From the NCBI GenBank assembly GCA_963748625.1, contig CAVVJT010000003.1, forward strand, positions 96,001-160,000: a stretch of DNA of 64,000 nt, read 5' to 3'. The notes beneath the pieces were generated by a model that ran no database searches, was not told where the DNA came from, and worked only from the letters and a program-made list of their open reading frames with translations. The DNA comes from an uncultured Chloroflexia bacterium. GTDB taxonomy: Bacteria > Chloroflexota > Limnocylindria > Limnocylindrales > CSP1-4. Shown in pieces: positions 38,558-47,516 of the stretch. Made by a program: the position numbers and the translations under genes. The number at the start of each line of letters is the position of its first letter. Within the stretch, counting starts at the first letter, position 1.

Positions 38558-39772
38558 ATGACAGCGGAAACGGCATCGCAGAGCGCGCTCGAGATCGAGC
38601 GGGTCGAGGCCCACGCGGCCCACAACTACCACCCCCTTCCGGTCGTCCTGGCCGAGGGCGACGGCGCGTGGGTCACCGACGTGGACGGCCGCCGCTACCT
38701 CGACCTGCTCGCGGGCTACAGCGCGCTCAACTTCGGGCACCGGCATCCGCGCCTGGTGGCCGCCGCCGAGCGGCAGCTGGGCCGTCTCACGCTGACCAGC
38801 CGCGCCTTCCACAACGACCTGCTGGGCACCTTCGCCGAGGAGCTCACGGCGCTGTGCGGCATGGACATGATGCTGCCCATGAACACGGGCGCAGAGGCGG
38901 TGGAAACGGCGCTCAAGATGGCCCGCAAGTGGGGCTACACGGTCAAGGGCGTGCCGGACGGCCAGGCGAAGATCATCGTCATGGGCGGCAACTTCCACGG
39001 CCGCACCACCACGATCGTCGGCTTCTCTGACGACGAGACCGCCCGCGACGGGTTCGGGCCGTTCGCACCCGGCTTCGTGCGTGTGCCCTACGGGGACGCC
39101 GACGCCCTGGCCGCCGCCATCGATGCCGACACGGTCGCGGTGCTCCTCGAGCCGATCCAGGGCGAGGGCGGCGTCGTCATCCCGCCCGAGGGCTACCTGC
39201 GGGCGGTCCGCGACCTGTGCACCACGAACAACGTCCTGATGCTCGCCGACGAGATCCAGTCCGGTCTCGGCCGCGCCGGGACCACCTTCGCGTGCGATCA
39301 CGAGGGCGTCGTCCCCGATGCCTACATCCTGGGCAAGGCCCTCGGCGGCGGCATCCTGCCGGTCTCCGCGGTTGTCGCGCGAGCGGACGTCATGGGCGTC
39401 TTCCACCCCGGCGAGCACGGCAGCACGTTCGGCGGCAACCCGCTCGCCTGCGCGGTGGGCATCGAGGTCGTCCGGATGCTCGCCACCGGCGAGTTCCAGG
39501 ACCGGGCCCGGGACCTGGGCGCGGAGCTGGCAGCGATGCTGGCGACGCTCCCCGCCGAGCAGGTCAGCGCCGTCCGCATCCGCGGACTGTGGGCGGGCAT
39601 CGACGTCGTCGGGCGGACGGGGCGCAGCGTCTGCGAGGGCCTGATGCGCCGCGGCGTGCTGGCCAAGGACACCCACGGCTCCACGATCCGCATGGCCCCA
39701 CCGCTGGTCATCGAGCGCGATGACCTTGCGTGGGCCGTCGAGCAGCTGCGGGCCGAGCTCGCGGAAGGCTGA
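38558..39772 (+). CDS. rocD: ornithine aminotransferase
   Basis: AHNYHPLP, MNTGAEAVETA, FHGRT, DEIQSGLGR, LGKALGGG, HGSTFGGNP. Confidence 0.95.
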   Translation: MTAETASQSALEIERVEAHAAHNYHPLPVVLAEGDGAWVTDVDGRRYLDLLAGYSALNFGHRHPRLVAAAERQLGRLTLTSRAFHNDLLGTFAEELTALCGMDMMLPMNTGAEAVETALKMARKWGYTVKGVPDGQAKIIVMGGNFHGRTTTIVGFSDDETARDGFGPFAPGFVRVPYGDADALAAAIDADTVAVLLEPIQGEGGVVIPPEGYLRAVRDLCTTNNVLMLADEIQSGLGRAGTTFACDHEGVVPDAYILGKALGGGILPVSAVVARADVMGVFHPGEHGSTFGGNPLACAVGIEVVRMLATGEFQDRARDLGAELAAMLATLPAEQVSAVRIRGLWAGIDVVGRTGRSVCEGLMRRGVLAKDTHGSTIRMAPPLVIERDDLAWAVEQLRAELAEG

Positions 39773-39833
39773 CCACGGGCCGCCCGGCACGACGGGCGAC
39801 GCCGCACCGGGTCCTCCGGAAGGAGTGCCGCGC

Positions 39834-40841
39834 CTACGTGATCGCCACCGGGCGCTCGATGGCGGCGTCCGGCATGAACTTGCGGTCGACCAGCACCCGG
39901 ATCACATAGCGGTTCTCGAGGCCCGCCCCGTCGAAGCTGGGCGGTACCCCGGCCGGGATGACGAGCTCCGCCTCCGCGCTGCCGGACTTCACCGCATCCG
40001 CGGTGGTGCCAACCGAGGACAGGATCCCCTCGGTGGCGTTCGGGGCGTTCGTCCGCCGGTGCAGCTCGATGCGGGCGTTGCCGCCCGGCGCCTTCGGCCA
40101 GACCGCGCGGACACGGAGGCTCGATCCCGGCGCCGCCGGCAGCGGGCTCGCGACGTGGACGGTCGCACCCTCGCCGCAATCGACGGTGTCGAGCACGGCG
40201 AGACCCCCCTGCTTGCCCACGCCGGCCTTGATCAGGTCGGGATGCTGGGCGATGGGCAGCAGGAGCGCGACGAACGCGTCATCGCCCATCGCAATGTCCC
40301 ACCGGACGTCAAGCGCCCAGGCCACGATCGCCTCGCCCAGGTGGGCGCTGGGCGGGCCGAGCCGGGGCGCCGGGACCATGAAGGTCGTCTCGAACACCTG
40401 GCCGGGCTGGAGCATGGCCGGGATCGCCGGCTCCAGGAACGCATCCTCGATGAACAGCGAGCCGTTGGCCTCGACCCAGCGCTCCGTGCGGGTGGTGTCG
40501 TCATCCACCCGGTGCTCCATGCTCTTCTGCTCCTCGACGAGGCGCAGGCCGACGAGGCGAAGCGACGCCTTGCGCGCATCGATCGGCTTGATCGCCCGGA
40601 TGCGCACGGTGCCCTCGATCCCCTCCCCCACCCGGACAGCGTGGTCGAGGATGATCTCCCCGGCGACCTGGTCCGACGACGGGCGCACGAGGTACTCGGG
40701 TGCGACGGTGTGCAGCGGATGCGAGCCCTCGGAACCCGCCAGCCGGGAGCCGTTGAGCGCATCGAACGGCTCGGGACAGCTCCCCTCGTGGCTGGAGAAG
40801 CCGAAGCTGCCGGCCGTCGACCCGAATGAGAACGAGCCCAT
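39834..40841 (-). CDS. hypothetical protein, possibly arrestin/SpoOM-like beta-sandwich
   Basis: GEGIEGTVRI...ASLRLVG pattern; two similar halves ending PPSAH..IVAWAL and PPSFD..NRYVIRV; GGAG SD. Confidence 0.6.
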   Translation of the reverse strand: MGSFSFGSTAGSFGFSSHEGSCPEPFDALNGSRLAGSEGSHPLHTVAPEYLVRPSSDQVAGEIILDHAVRVGEGIEGTVRIRAIKPIDARKASLRLVGLRLVEEQKSMEHRVDDDTTRTERWVEANGSLFIEDAFLEPAIPAMLQPGQVFETTFMVPAPRLGPPSAHLGEAIVAWALDVRWDIAMGDDAFVALLLPIAQHPDLIKAGVGKQGGLAVLDTVDCGEGATVHVASPLPAAPGSSLRVRAVWPKAPGGNARIELHRRTNAPNATEGILSSVGTTADAVKSGSAEAELVIPAGVPPSFDGAGLENRYVIRVLVDRKFMPDAAIERPVAIT

Positions 40842-40853
40842 GTGTCTCTCCTG

Positions 40854-42485
40854 CTACCTGGTGAGCGCCGCTCCCGTCAGCCGTGAGGCCACGGCGCCGC
40901 GTCGTATCTTCCGGGTGTGGGTCCGCGGATAGTCGGCCTCCGGCCAGGCGACCCGCCCGGAGATCCGCTGGTGCGGCGCCAGCTTGGCGTTCGCCGCCTT
41001 GGTGGCCGCGGCCAGCGCCGCCTGCTCGTCGTCGGGCTGGACGCTGAAGGCGGCGCCCGGGCGGTACGCGAAGGCGATCGTGCCGGCGCTGTGCTCGAAC
41101 ACCACCGGCTCCACCATGCCGTGGGCCATCAGCTCGTTCTCGACATCCTCGGGGTGGACCTTCATGCCGTTGGGCATCGCGAACATCGCCCGCGACCTGC
41201 CGATCAGCCGGAGCGACCCGTCGGCGGCGAGCTCGCCCATGTCGCCGGTCCGGTACCAGCCATCGGGCGTGAAGGCGGCGGCGTTGGCCTCCGCGTCCTC
41301 CCAGTACCCGCGGAAGACGGATGGGCCGCGCACCAGGATCTCCTCGTCGGGCGCGATCCGCACCTCCAGCGGCGGCAGAGCCCATCCAACCCGACCGGGC
41401 GGCGTCGTGCCCAGGAAGTTCGTCGTCACCAGACCCGCCTCGGTGGACCCGTAGCCCTGGACCACCTCGATCCCCAGCGCCTCCCAGAGACGCTGCAGCG
41501 ACGGCGGCAGGTGGGCGGCGCTGCACATGAGGATCTGCAGCTCGCCGCCGAGCGCCTCGTGCACCCGGCGGAAGAGGCGCCGGCGCAGGCCCCGCGGCAG
41601 GTACGGCGCGATCGAGAGCGCACGGTTGAACTGCTTGGTCCGCCCGTTCTTGTCGGCCTCGCGTCGGATGGCGCCGAACAGGAGCTCCAGCACCTGGGGC
41701 ACGACGATCAGCGCGGTCGCCCGGTGCTCCCGGATGGCGGCGGCGATCAGGTCCGGCCGCAGGGTGGCGATGTACTCGGTCTCCGCGCCCGCGGCGGCTG
41801 CGTAGATGAGCCCTGCGACCTGCTCCATGATGTGCGACAGGGGCAGGATCGAGACCATCCGGTTCTCGCCGGCCGGGATCGTGGCAAGACAGCGGCGGGT
41901 CGAGGCGAGCAGCACGGACTGGTCCAGCACGGCGCCCTTGGGCGTCGCGGTCGAACCGGACGTGAAGAGGATCTCGACGGGCTCCTCTGGCGCGGCGGGC
42001 GCGCGCGCGGCAAGGGCGGCCGCCTGCTCGGGCGTCGGCGGGTCGATGAGATCGTCGAGGTCGATGACCGGCAGCGACGCGAGCCGGGGGCTGGTGGCGG
42101 GCTCGATCGTGGCGCCGGTACCCAGCAGGAACGCCGAGGCCGACGTGCGCTCCCAGATCCGCTCGATCGTCTCGGGTGTCATGCGGATGTCGAGCGGCAC
42201 GAGAATCACATTGGCGCGGGCCGCTGCGAAGATCGCGGCTGCGTACTGCGGACCCGGCGAGCCCTGGATGAACACGAGCTCGCGGGGCTCGAGCGCCTCC
42301 GCCAGGCGACTCGCCGCGTTGTCGACGGCCGTCCCGAACTCCCGGAACGTCAGCGACGCCTCGCGGGCCTTCGAGGTCCGCACGCCGAGGAACGGCCGGT
42401 CGGGGTGCTGGTGGATGGCCTGCTCGAGCAGGGCGGTGATGGTGGCCGGCAGCTCAGGGGCCGGGAACGGGCGCGGCGTTGCCAT
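40854..42485 (-). CDS. long-chain acyl-CoA synthetase-like AMP-binding protein
   Basis: FTSGSTATPKG, QGYGSTE, WYRTGD, PRTHTRK. Confidence 0.9.
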   Translation of the reverse strand: MATPRPFPAPELPATITALLEQAIHQHPDRPFLGVRTSKAREASLTFREFGTAVDNAASRLAEALEPRELVFIQGSPGPQYAAAIFAAARANVILVPLDIRMTPETIERIWERTSASAFLLGTGATIEPATSPRLASLPVIDLDDLIDPPTPEQAAALAARAPAAPEEPVEILFTSGSTATPKGAVLDQSVLLASTRRCLATIPAGENRMVSILPLSHIMEQVAGLIYAAAAGAETEYIATLRPDLIAAAIREHRATALIVVPQVLELLFGAIRREADKNGRTKQFNRALSIAPYLPRGLRRRLFRRVHEALGGELQILMCSAAHLPPSLQRLWEALGIEVVQGYGSTEAGLVTTNFLGTTPPGRVGWALPPLEVRIAPDEEILVRGPSVFRGYWEDAEANAAAFTPDGWYRTGDMGELAADGSLRLIGRSRAMFAMPNGMKVHPEDVENELMAHGMVEPVVFEHSAGTIAFAYRPGAAFSVQPDDEQAALAAATKAANAKLAPHQRISGRVAWPEADYPRTHTRKIRRGAVASRLTGAALTR

Positions 42486-42970
42486 CAGGCGTCCTTGCCC
42501 TCGTATGCAGCGCGAAGCGCGTCGACGTCGAGCCGGGTCATCGTGAGCATCGCCTCCATCGCCCGCCGGGCGCCATCGGGGTCGGGACCTCCGAGATAGT
42601 CCCCTGCCTGTTTGGGCACGACCTGCCAGGAGAGGCCGTACCGGTCCTTGAGCCAGCCGCACATGGAGTGCTCCCCACCGCCGGCGACCAGGGCCTCCCA
42701 GTAGTAGTCGGCCTCCGCCTGGTCCGCGCAGCCGATCTCGAAGGACACGGCCTCCGTGAACCGGAACTGGGGGCCGCCGTTGAGGCCGGTGAACGGCATG
42801 CCGCAGATGCTGAAGGACGCCAGCAGCACAGCGCCCTCACGAGTGCTGGGATTGTCGCCCGGCGCACGCAGGACCGAGGTCACGGCGCCCCCCGGGAAGA
42901 TCGAGGCGTAGAAGGCCGCGGCCTCCTCCGCGTTGCCGTCGAACCAGAGGTTCGGGGTGATCGAGGGCAC
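42485..42970 (-). CDS. VOC family protein (PhnB/3-dmu-9-MT-like)
   Basis: ITPNLWFDGNAEEAA, LNGGP, CGWLKDRYGLSWQV. Confidence 0.92.
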   Translation of the reverse strand: MPSITPNLWFDGNAEEAAAFYASIFPGGAVTSVLRAPGDNPSTREGAVLLASFSICGMPFTGLNGGPQFRFTEAVSFEIGCADQAEADYYWEALVAGGGEHSMCGWLKDRYGLSWQVVPKQAGDYLGGPDPDGARRAMEAMLTMTRLDVDALRAAYEGKDA

Positions 42971-43184
42971 TGGCGGGCTCCTGGATGGCCGGGGACACCG
43001 GGCGGGCGCCGGGGGTTCCGGAGGGCGTGGACGGCGCGGACGACAAGCGTCGGACCAATCGGGTCCGGGGTCAAGGACCGGTCCCTTCAGGGGAACCAAT
43101 CCAATCGTCTGTGCCGGCCCGACTGGCTCCCGGTTCCCGGCTCCCGCTCAGGTTCCCGGCTCCGGCCCGGATGCCCGGCCAGCG

Positions 43185-43309
43185 CGCGTACGGGCGGGCG
43201 CCCTGCGGTTCCTGCGCGCCAGGCGCGCAGGAATCGATGCTCCCGGGCCCGAGAGGCGCGGAGATGGGCGCTGGGCGCGCAGGAGTGACGGCTCACGCTC
43301 CCGTAGGCG
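43185..43309. repeat. dispersed ~125-bp palindromic element, copy 1
   Basis: Colinear similarity to 55073-55203; ends CGCGTACGGG...CCCGTAGGCG; internal hairpin TTCCTGCGCGCC-A-GGCGCGCAGGAA. Confidence 0.8.
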
Positions 43310-43414
43310 CCCGGCACGTACCGGCGCATGGGCTGGGGCCAGGGCCGGCGGGGCCAGCGGCGAGGGCCAGGCCTGCGCAGGAGCTGGGCGTGGACCGGGA
43401 GCGGACCCGGCCGC

Positions 43415-43467
43415 CCGTCAGCACACCGGCCAGCCGTCAGCACACCGGCCAGCCGTCGGCACGCCGG
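43415..43467. repeat. 19-bp tandem repeat, about 2.8 copies
   Basis: CCGTCAGCACACCGGCCAG x2 plus a degenerate third copy. Confidence 0.8.
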
Positions 43468-43540
43468 GCACAGGCCGCCGGGCGCGGCACGGCCCGCCAC
43501 GCGCACGAGGGCCAGCACGCGACGTTGGGATGCTTCCCCG

Positions 43541-44206
43541 TCAGGCGTCCGCCTCGAGGTAGGCCAGGACCGCGAGGACCCGCCGGTGGTCCGTCTTCCC
43601 GTCGGGCAGGTCCAGCTTGCCGATGATGCTGCTGATGTGCTTCTCGGCGGCGCCCTCGGTGATGGAGAGTGCGGAGGCGATGCCGGCGTTGGTGCGCCCC
43701 TCGGCCATGATCGCGAGGACTTCCCGTTCGCGCGGGGTCAGGCCGGCGAGGCGGTCGTCGCGCCTGCGGCGGACCATGAGCTGGGCGACGACCTCGGGAT
43801 CAAGGGCGGTGCCGCCCGCGGCGACCCGGCGCAGGGCGTCGAGGAAGTCCCGGACATCGGCAACGCGGTCCTTGAGCAGGTAGCCGACGCCGCCTGCCCG
43901 GTCCGCGAGCAGCTCGCTCGCATACTGGCGCTCCACGTATTGCGACAGCACCAGGATCGGCGTACCGGGCACCAGGCGCCTCGCCTCCAGCGATGCCCGC
44001 AGGCCCTCGTCGCGCTGCGTCGGCGGCATCCGGACGTCCACCACGGACACGTCGGGCCGGAGCTCCCCCACCGCAGCGACGAAGGACGGCCCGTCGCCCA
44101 CCTTGGCCAGCACGGTTCCGCCCGACTCCTCGATCAGGCGAGCGAGACCCTCGCGCAGCAGGACCGAGTCCTCCGCGATCACCACCCGCAGCGTGAAGCC
44201 GTCCAT
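43541..44206 (-). CDS. NarL/LuxR family response regulator
   Basis: IAEDS, DVRMPP, YLLKD, LTPREREVL. Confidence 0.95.
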   Translation of the reverse strand: MDGFTLRVVIAEDSVLLREGLARLIEESGGTVLAKVGDGPSFVAAVGELRPDVSVVDVRMPPTQRDEGLRASLEARRLVPGTPILVLSQYVERQYASELLADRAGGVGYLLKDRVADVRDFLDALRRVAAGGTALDPEVVAQLMVRRRRDDRLAGLTPREREVLAIMAEGRTNAGIASALSITEGAAEKHISSIIGKLDLPDGKTDHRRVLAVLAYLEADA

Positions 44207-44352
44207 GCGTCGATCATGCCGCATCCCGCGGCCGTCCGGGCGGCCCGGGGGTGGGGCTAGCACCACCACGCGAACGCCCGCCTCCCGGCTGGTGCGCCGC
44301 CCGCGCGGCCCGTACGGTCAGGGCACGAACGACCACTCCCGAGGACACTGCC

Positions 44353-45858
44353 ATGACTGCCGACGAGACGACGCCCTTCTCCGCCCCGCTCGCGGGCCAG
44401 GCACCCGAGCCGGAACCGACGATGGTAGGGTCGGCACCGATGGCTGCCCCGCCCCCTCCTGCCGCTCCGTCGACCGGCATGCAGCAGGCACCCGCCCTGC
44501 CGCAGCCCCAGCCTGCGCCCGACGCCGGGCGGCACGCGCGACACCCGGTCGTCGCGTTCCTGCGCTCGCCGATCGAGGCCGCCTCGTGGTGGGCGCTGCT
44601 CGCGACACTGCTCGGGTTCCTGGTCGCGGTCACGTCGTTCACGGTCGTCACGACGCTGTTCTCCACGGGCGGCTCCCTGCTGTTCCTGCTCGTGGGCATC
44701 CCGGTGATCGCCGTCGGCCTGGAGGCTGCGCGCGTGTTCGCCCGTGTCGAGCGCTGGCGGGTCACGCTCGCCGATCCGCGCCCGCTCGCCCCCCACCCCT
44801 ACCGCCCCGTGGACTGGAGCCCGAGCTCGCCATACGGCCCGTGGGTCCGGCAGTGGGCCGAGGGCACCTTCCTCGATGCCTCCCGCTGGCTCGACGTCGC
44901 CTACGCGGTGGTCGCACTCCCACTGGCGTTGGTGGAGCTCCTCCTCGTGACGGTCCTCTGGACGCTGTCGCTGGGGCTCATCGTGGCGCCCGCCGTCTTC
45001 GCCGTCTTCGCCTGGGCCGGCTTCGAGCCAGTCATCTACCCGGGGTCGATGCGGCTCGGGACGCCCGTGGCGCTGGGCATCACCTTCGCGATCGGCCTCG
45101 TCCTCCTGCCGGTGGCGGCCTCGATCACCCGCGGCCTCGCGATCCTCCACCGCGCCGTCGTCCAGGGCCTCCTGTGCGTCGATCCGAACGAGGCGCTGCG
45201 GCGTGACGTTGCGCGCCTGCGCGTCAGCCGGTCGGCCGCCCTCGAGCTCGAGGCGAGCGAGCTGCGCCGCATCGAGCGCGACATCCACGACGGTGCCCAG
45301 CAGCGGCTGGTCAAGCTGGCGATCGACCTCTCCCTCGCCGAGGAGAAGATCGCCACGGATCCGGATGGCGCACGAGCCCTCGTGGTGGAGTCGCGCGACC
45401 AGGCCCGCCAGGCCCTGGCCGAGCTGCGCGAGGTCGTGCGCGGCGCTGCCCCGGCCATCCTGCAGGACCGCGGGCTCACTGCCGCGCTGTCGGCGGTCGC
45501 CGGTCGGACCCCGGTGCCCACATTCGTGGACAGTGGCCTCGCCGCCAACCAGCGGCTGCCGCACGCGGTGGAGCGCGCCGCCTACTACGTGGTCACCGAG
45601 GCGCTCGCGAACGTGGCCAAGCACGCGGACGCCACCCGCTGCGATGTCCTGATGCGCATGGTCCCGGGCTATCTCCTGGTGGAGATCCGGGACAACGGCC
45701 GTGGCGCAGCGGCGGTCGTGCCGGGTGGTGGCCTGGCCGGCCTGCGGGACCGGGTGGAGGCACTCGATGGACGCCTTGACCTCGCGAGCCCGGTGGGCGG
45801 CCCGACCATGATCCGCGCGTGGCTCCCCGTGCCCGCCTACCCTGCCGAACCCGCCTGA
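44353..45858 (+). CDS. membrane sensor histidine kinase (HisKA_3 type)
   Basis: ERDIHDGAQQ, EALANVAKHA, DNGRG, GGLAGL; TM sensor region. Confidence 0.95.
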   Translation: MTADETTPFSAPLAGQAPEPEPTMVGSAPMAAPPPPAAPSTGMQQAPALPQPQPAPDAGRHARHPVVAFLRSPIEAASWWALLATLLGFLVAVTSFTVVTTLFSTGGSLLFLLVGIPVIAVGLEAARVFARVERWRVTLADPRPLAPHPYRPVDWSPSSPYGPWVRQWAEGTFLDASRWLDVAYAVVALPLALVELLLVTVLWTLSLGLIVAPAVFAVFAWAGFEPVIYPGSMRLGTPVALGITFAIGLVLLPVAASITRGLAILHRAVVQGLLCVDPNEALRRDVARLRVSRSAALELEASELRRIERDIHDGAQQRLVKLAIDLSLAEEKIATDPDGARALVVESRDQARQALAELREVVRGAAPAILQDRGLTAALSAVAGRTPVPTFVDSGLAANQRLPHAVERAAYYVVTEALANVAKHADATRCDVLMRMVPGYLLVEIRDNGRGAAAVVPGGGLAGLRDRVEALDGRLDLASPVGGPTMIRAWLPVPAYPAEPA

Positions 45859-45902
45859 CCCCTTCCCGCCACGGTCCCGCCTGGCGCCGGCCTGCTACCA
45901 TG

Positions 45903-45916
45903 CGAACAGACGTTCG
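45903..45916. promoter_or_regulatory. LexA (SOS) box
   Basis: CGAACAGACGTTCG matches CGAAC-N4-GTTCG, just downstream of -10 TACCAT (45896-45901). Confidence 0.8.
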
Positions 45917-45934
45917 ATATGGAGTGACAACGGC

Positions 45935-46135
45935 ATGGCGGACTGGATCGTGGCGATCTCGACGGACCCCAGGCGGTTCCCGGTGGTGGACCACCGCCAC
46001 CCCAACGGCACGCTGCGCGCCGTTCGCGAACGGACCCCGCGCGTGACCGCGGACGCGGTCGGCCGGCGGCTGGAGACCTGGGCGTATGCGTGCGCCTGCG
46101 GTGACATCTACGTGTGGGAGCGGCGCGCGGCCTGA
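45935..46135 (+). CDS. small hypothetical protein (66 aa)
   Basis: GGAG SD, promoter and SOS box upstream; HRHP and CACG motifs. Confidence 0.65.
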   Translation: MADWIVAISTDPRRFPVVDHRHPNGTLRAVRERTPRVTADAVGRRLETWAYACACGDIYVWERRAA

Positions 46136-46194
46136 CCCCCGGCAAGCCAGATCGGCCGACCGGTCAGCGGGCGGAGCCGCTTGAGGGCCGCCCG

Positions 46195-47418
46195 TCAGGG
46201 CGCGGAGCCGCTTGCCCGGAAGCGCTCCATGAGCTCCGTATAGCCGGGCAGGCCCCGTTCGTACCCGATGGCCCAGAAGCCGGCCCCGGCCAGCCCTCGA
46301 TCATCCACGAGGGCGAGCTTGGCCTCGAGGGTCGCCGGGGAGTCAACATAGATCGCCTCCCACGTCCGATCCGGCGCGTCTCCGCTCGCCGCGGGATCCA
46401 CCGAGGGCGCCCCGACCGTCCCGTCGGACCCGAGCAGGTACACCTCGACCTGCTCCACCTCGTCGCGCACCGGCGTGGCGGCAGGGTCCGTGAGCAGGTC
46501 CACGTGCCGGCGCAGGATCCACGCCTCACCGCGTCCGGTGCTGGGCGCGCCGACAACGGGGCCGGCCACGGGCCAGGTGACCCCGTACAACGGCAGGCCC
46601 AGGAGCGTCCGCTCGGGCGGGACCCCCAGGGCCTGGTACAGGTCGAGCGAGCTGCGCAGGGACGGTGAGCCCCCGTCGCCCCGGTCGAGCGGTGAGCTCG
46701 CCCCGGGGTTGGAGCGGCCCGTCCGGTAGTCGTAGCCCATCAGGAAGATCCGGTCCGCCCCGGCATTGGCGGCTGCGACCGCCATCCCCGCCCCGAGCGT
46801 GCCGGCTCCCGTGGCGGCGGAGACCTGGTCGTCGGGGTCGGCGGCCACCACGGCCGCGCGCACATCCGCCACGAAGGCGCCGAATGCCGGCACGAGCTCG
46901 GGATCGAGCGCCTCCACATCCACGTTGATCCCGTCGAGCCCCAGCTCCTCGACGAGCGCCACCAGGGCGGTGATCACCGTCGCCTGCAGCGTCCTGCTCT
47001 CGAGGAGCTTGCGGTTGCGGCTGCCGCCGAAGCTCGTGTAGACGAGCTCCACGCGGACGCCGCGGGCATGGGCGTCGGCGATGATGCGGCGGCCCGTGTC
47101 GCCGGTGATCGCGAGGTAGCCCTTCGTCTCGCGCAGCGCTCCCTTGGGCGTGTGCGTGACGCTGAACAGGCCGAGCGTCGTGAGCGGCGTGCGCTCGAGG
47201 TGGGCGGCCATGGTGTCGTCCATCTCCCAGTACGGCACGTAGCCGTAGAGCTCGTGGCCTGACGGAGGCGGCGCACCCGTGGCGGGAGCACCGGTCACCC
47301 CGGCATCGGGCGAGGGCGCCCCGTTCGTCGCCGACGGGGACGGCGCATCGCCGCAGGCAGCGACAAGGAGTGCGGCCGAAAGGGCCAGCAGAAGAGCTCG
47401 GGGGAAGGAGGGAGTCAC
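46195..47418 (-). CDS. GH18 family glycoside hydrolase, lipoprotein
   Basis: Lipobox VAAC; LDGINVDVE, MGYDY, LGLPLYG, GAGFWAIG. Confidence 0.9.
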   Translation of the reverse strand: MTPSFPRALLLALSAALLVAACGDAPSPSATNGAPSPDAGVTGAPATGAPPPSGHELYGYVPYWEMDDTMAAHLERTPLTTLGLFSVTHTPKGALRETKGYLAITGDTGRRIIADAHARGVRVELVYTSFGGSRNRKLLESRTLQATVITALVALVEELGLDGINVDVEALDPELVPAFGAFVADVRAAVVAADPDDQVSAATGAGTLGAGMAVAAANAGADRIFLMGYDYRTGRSNPGASSPLDRGDGGSPSLRSSLDLYQALGVPPERTLLGLPLYGVTWPVAGPVVGAPSTGRGEAWILRRHVDLLTDPAATPVRDEVEQVEVYLLGSDGTVGAPSVDPAASGDAPDRTWEAIYVDSPATLEAKLALVDDRGLAGAGFWAIGYERGLPGYTELMERFRASGSAP

Positions 47419-47516
47419 AGCCAGAGGGTGACCCTGATGGCCGCGATGGTCAAACGCGCCGTTCGCCAGTGCCAGGCCGCGACGCAGCTTCCGGGCAGGG
47501 ACCTGCGCGCACGCAC

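Noticed and set aside
43415-43467. Mini-CRISPR
   Set aside because: Contiguous tandem units without spacers
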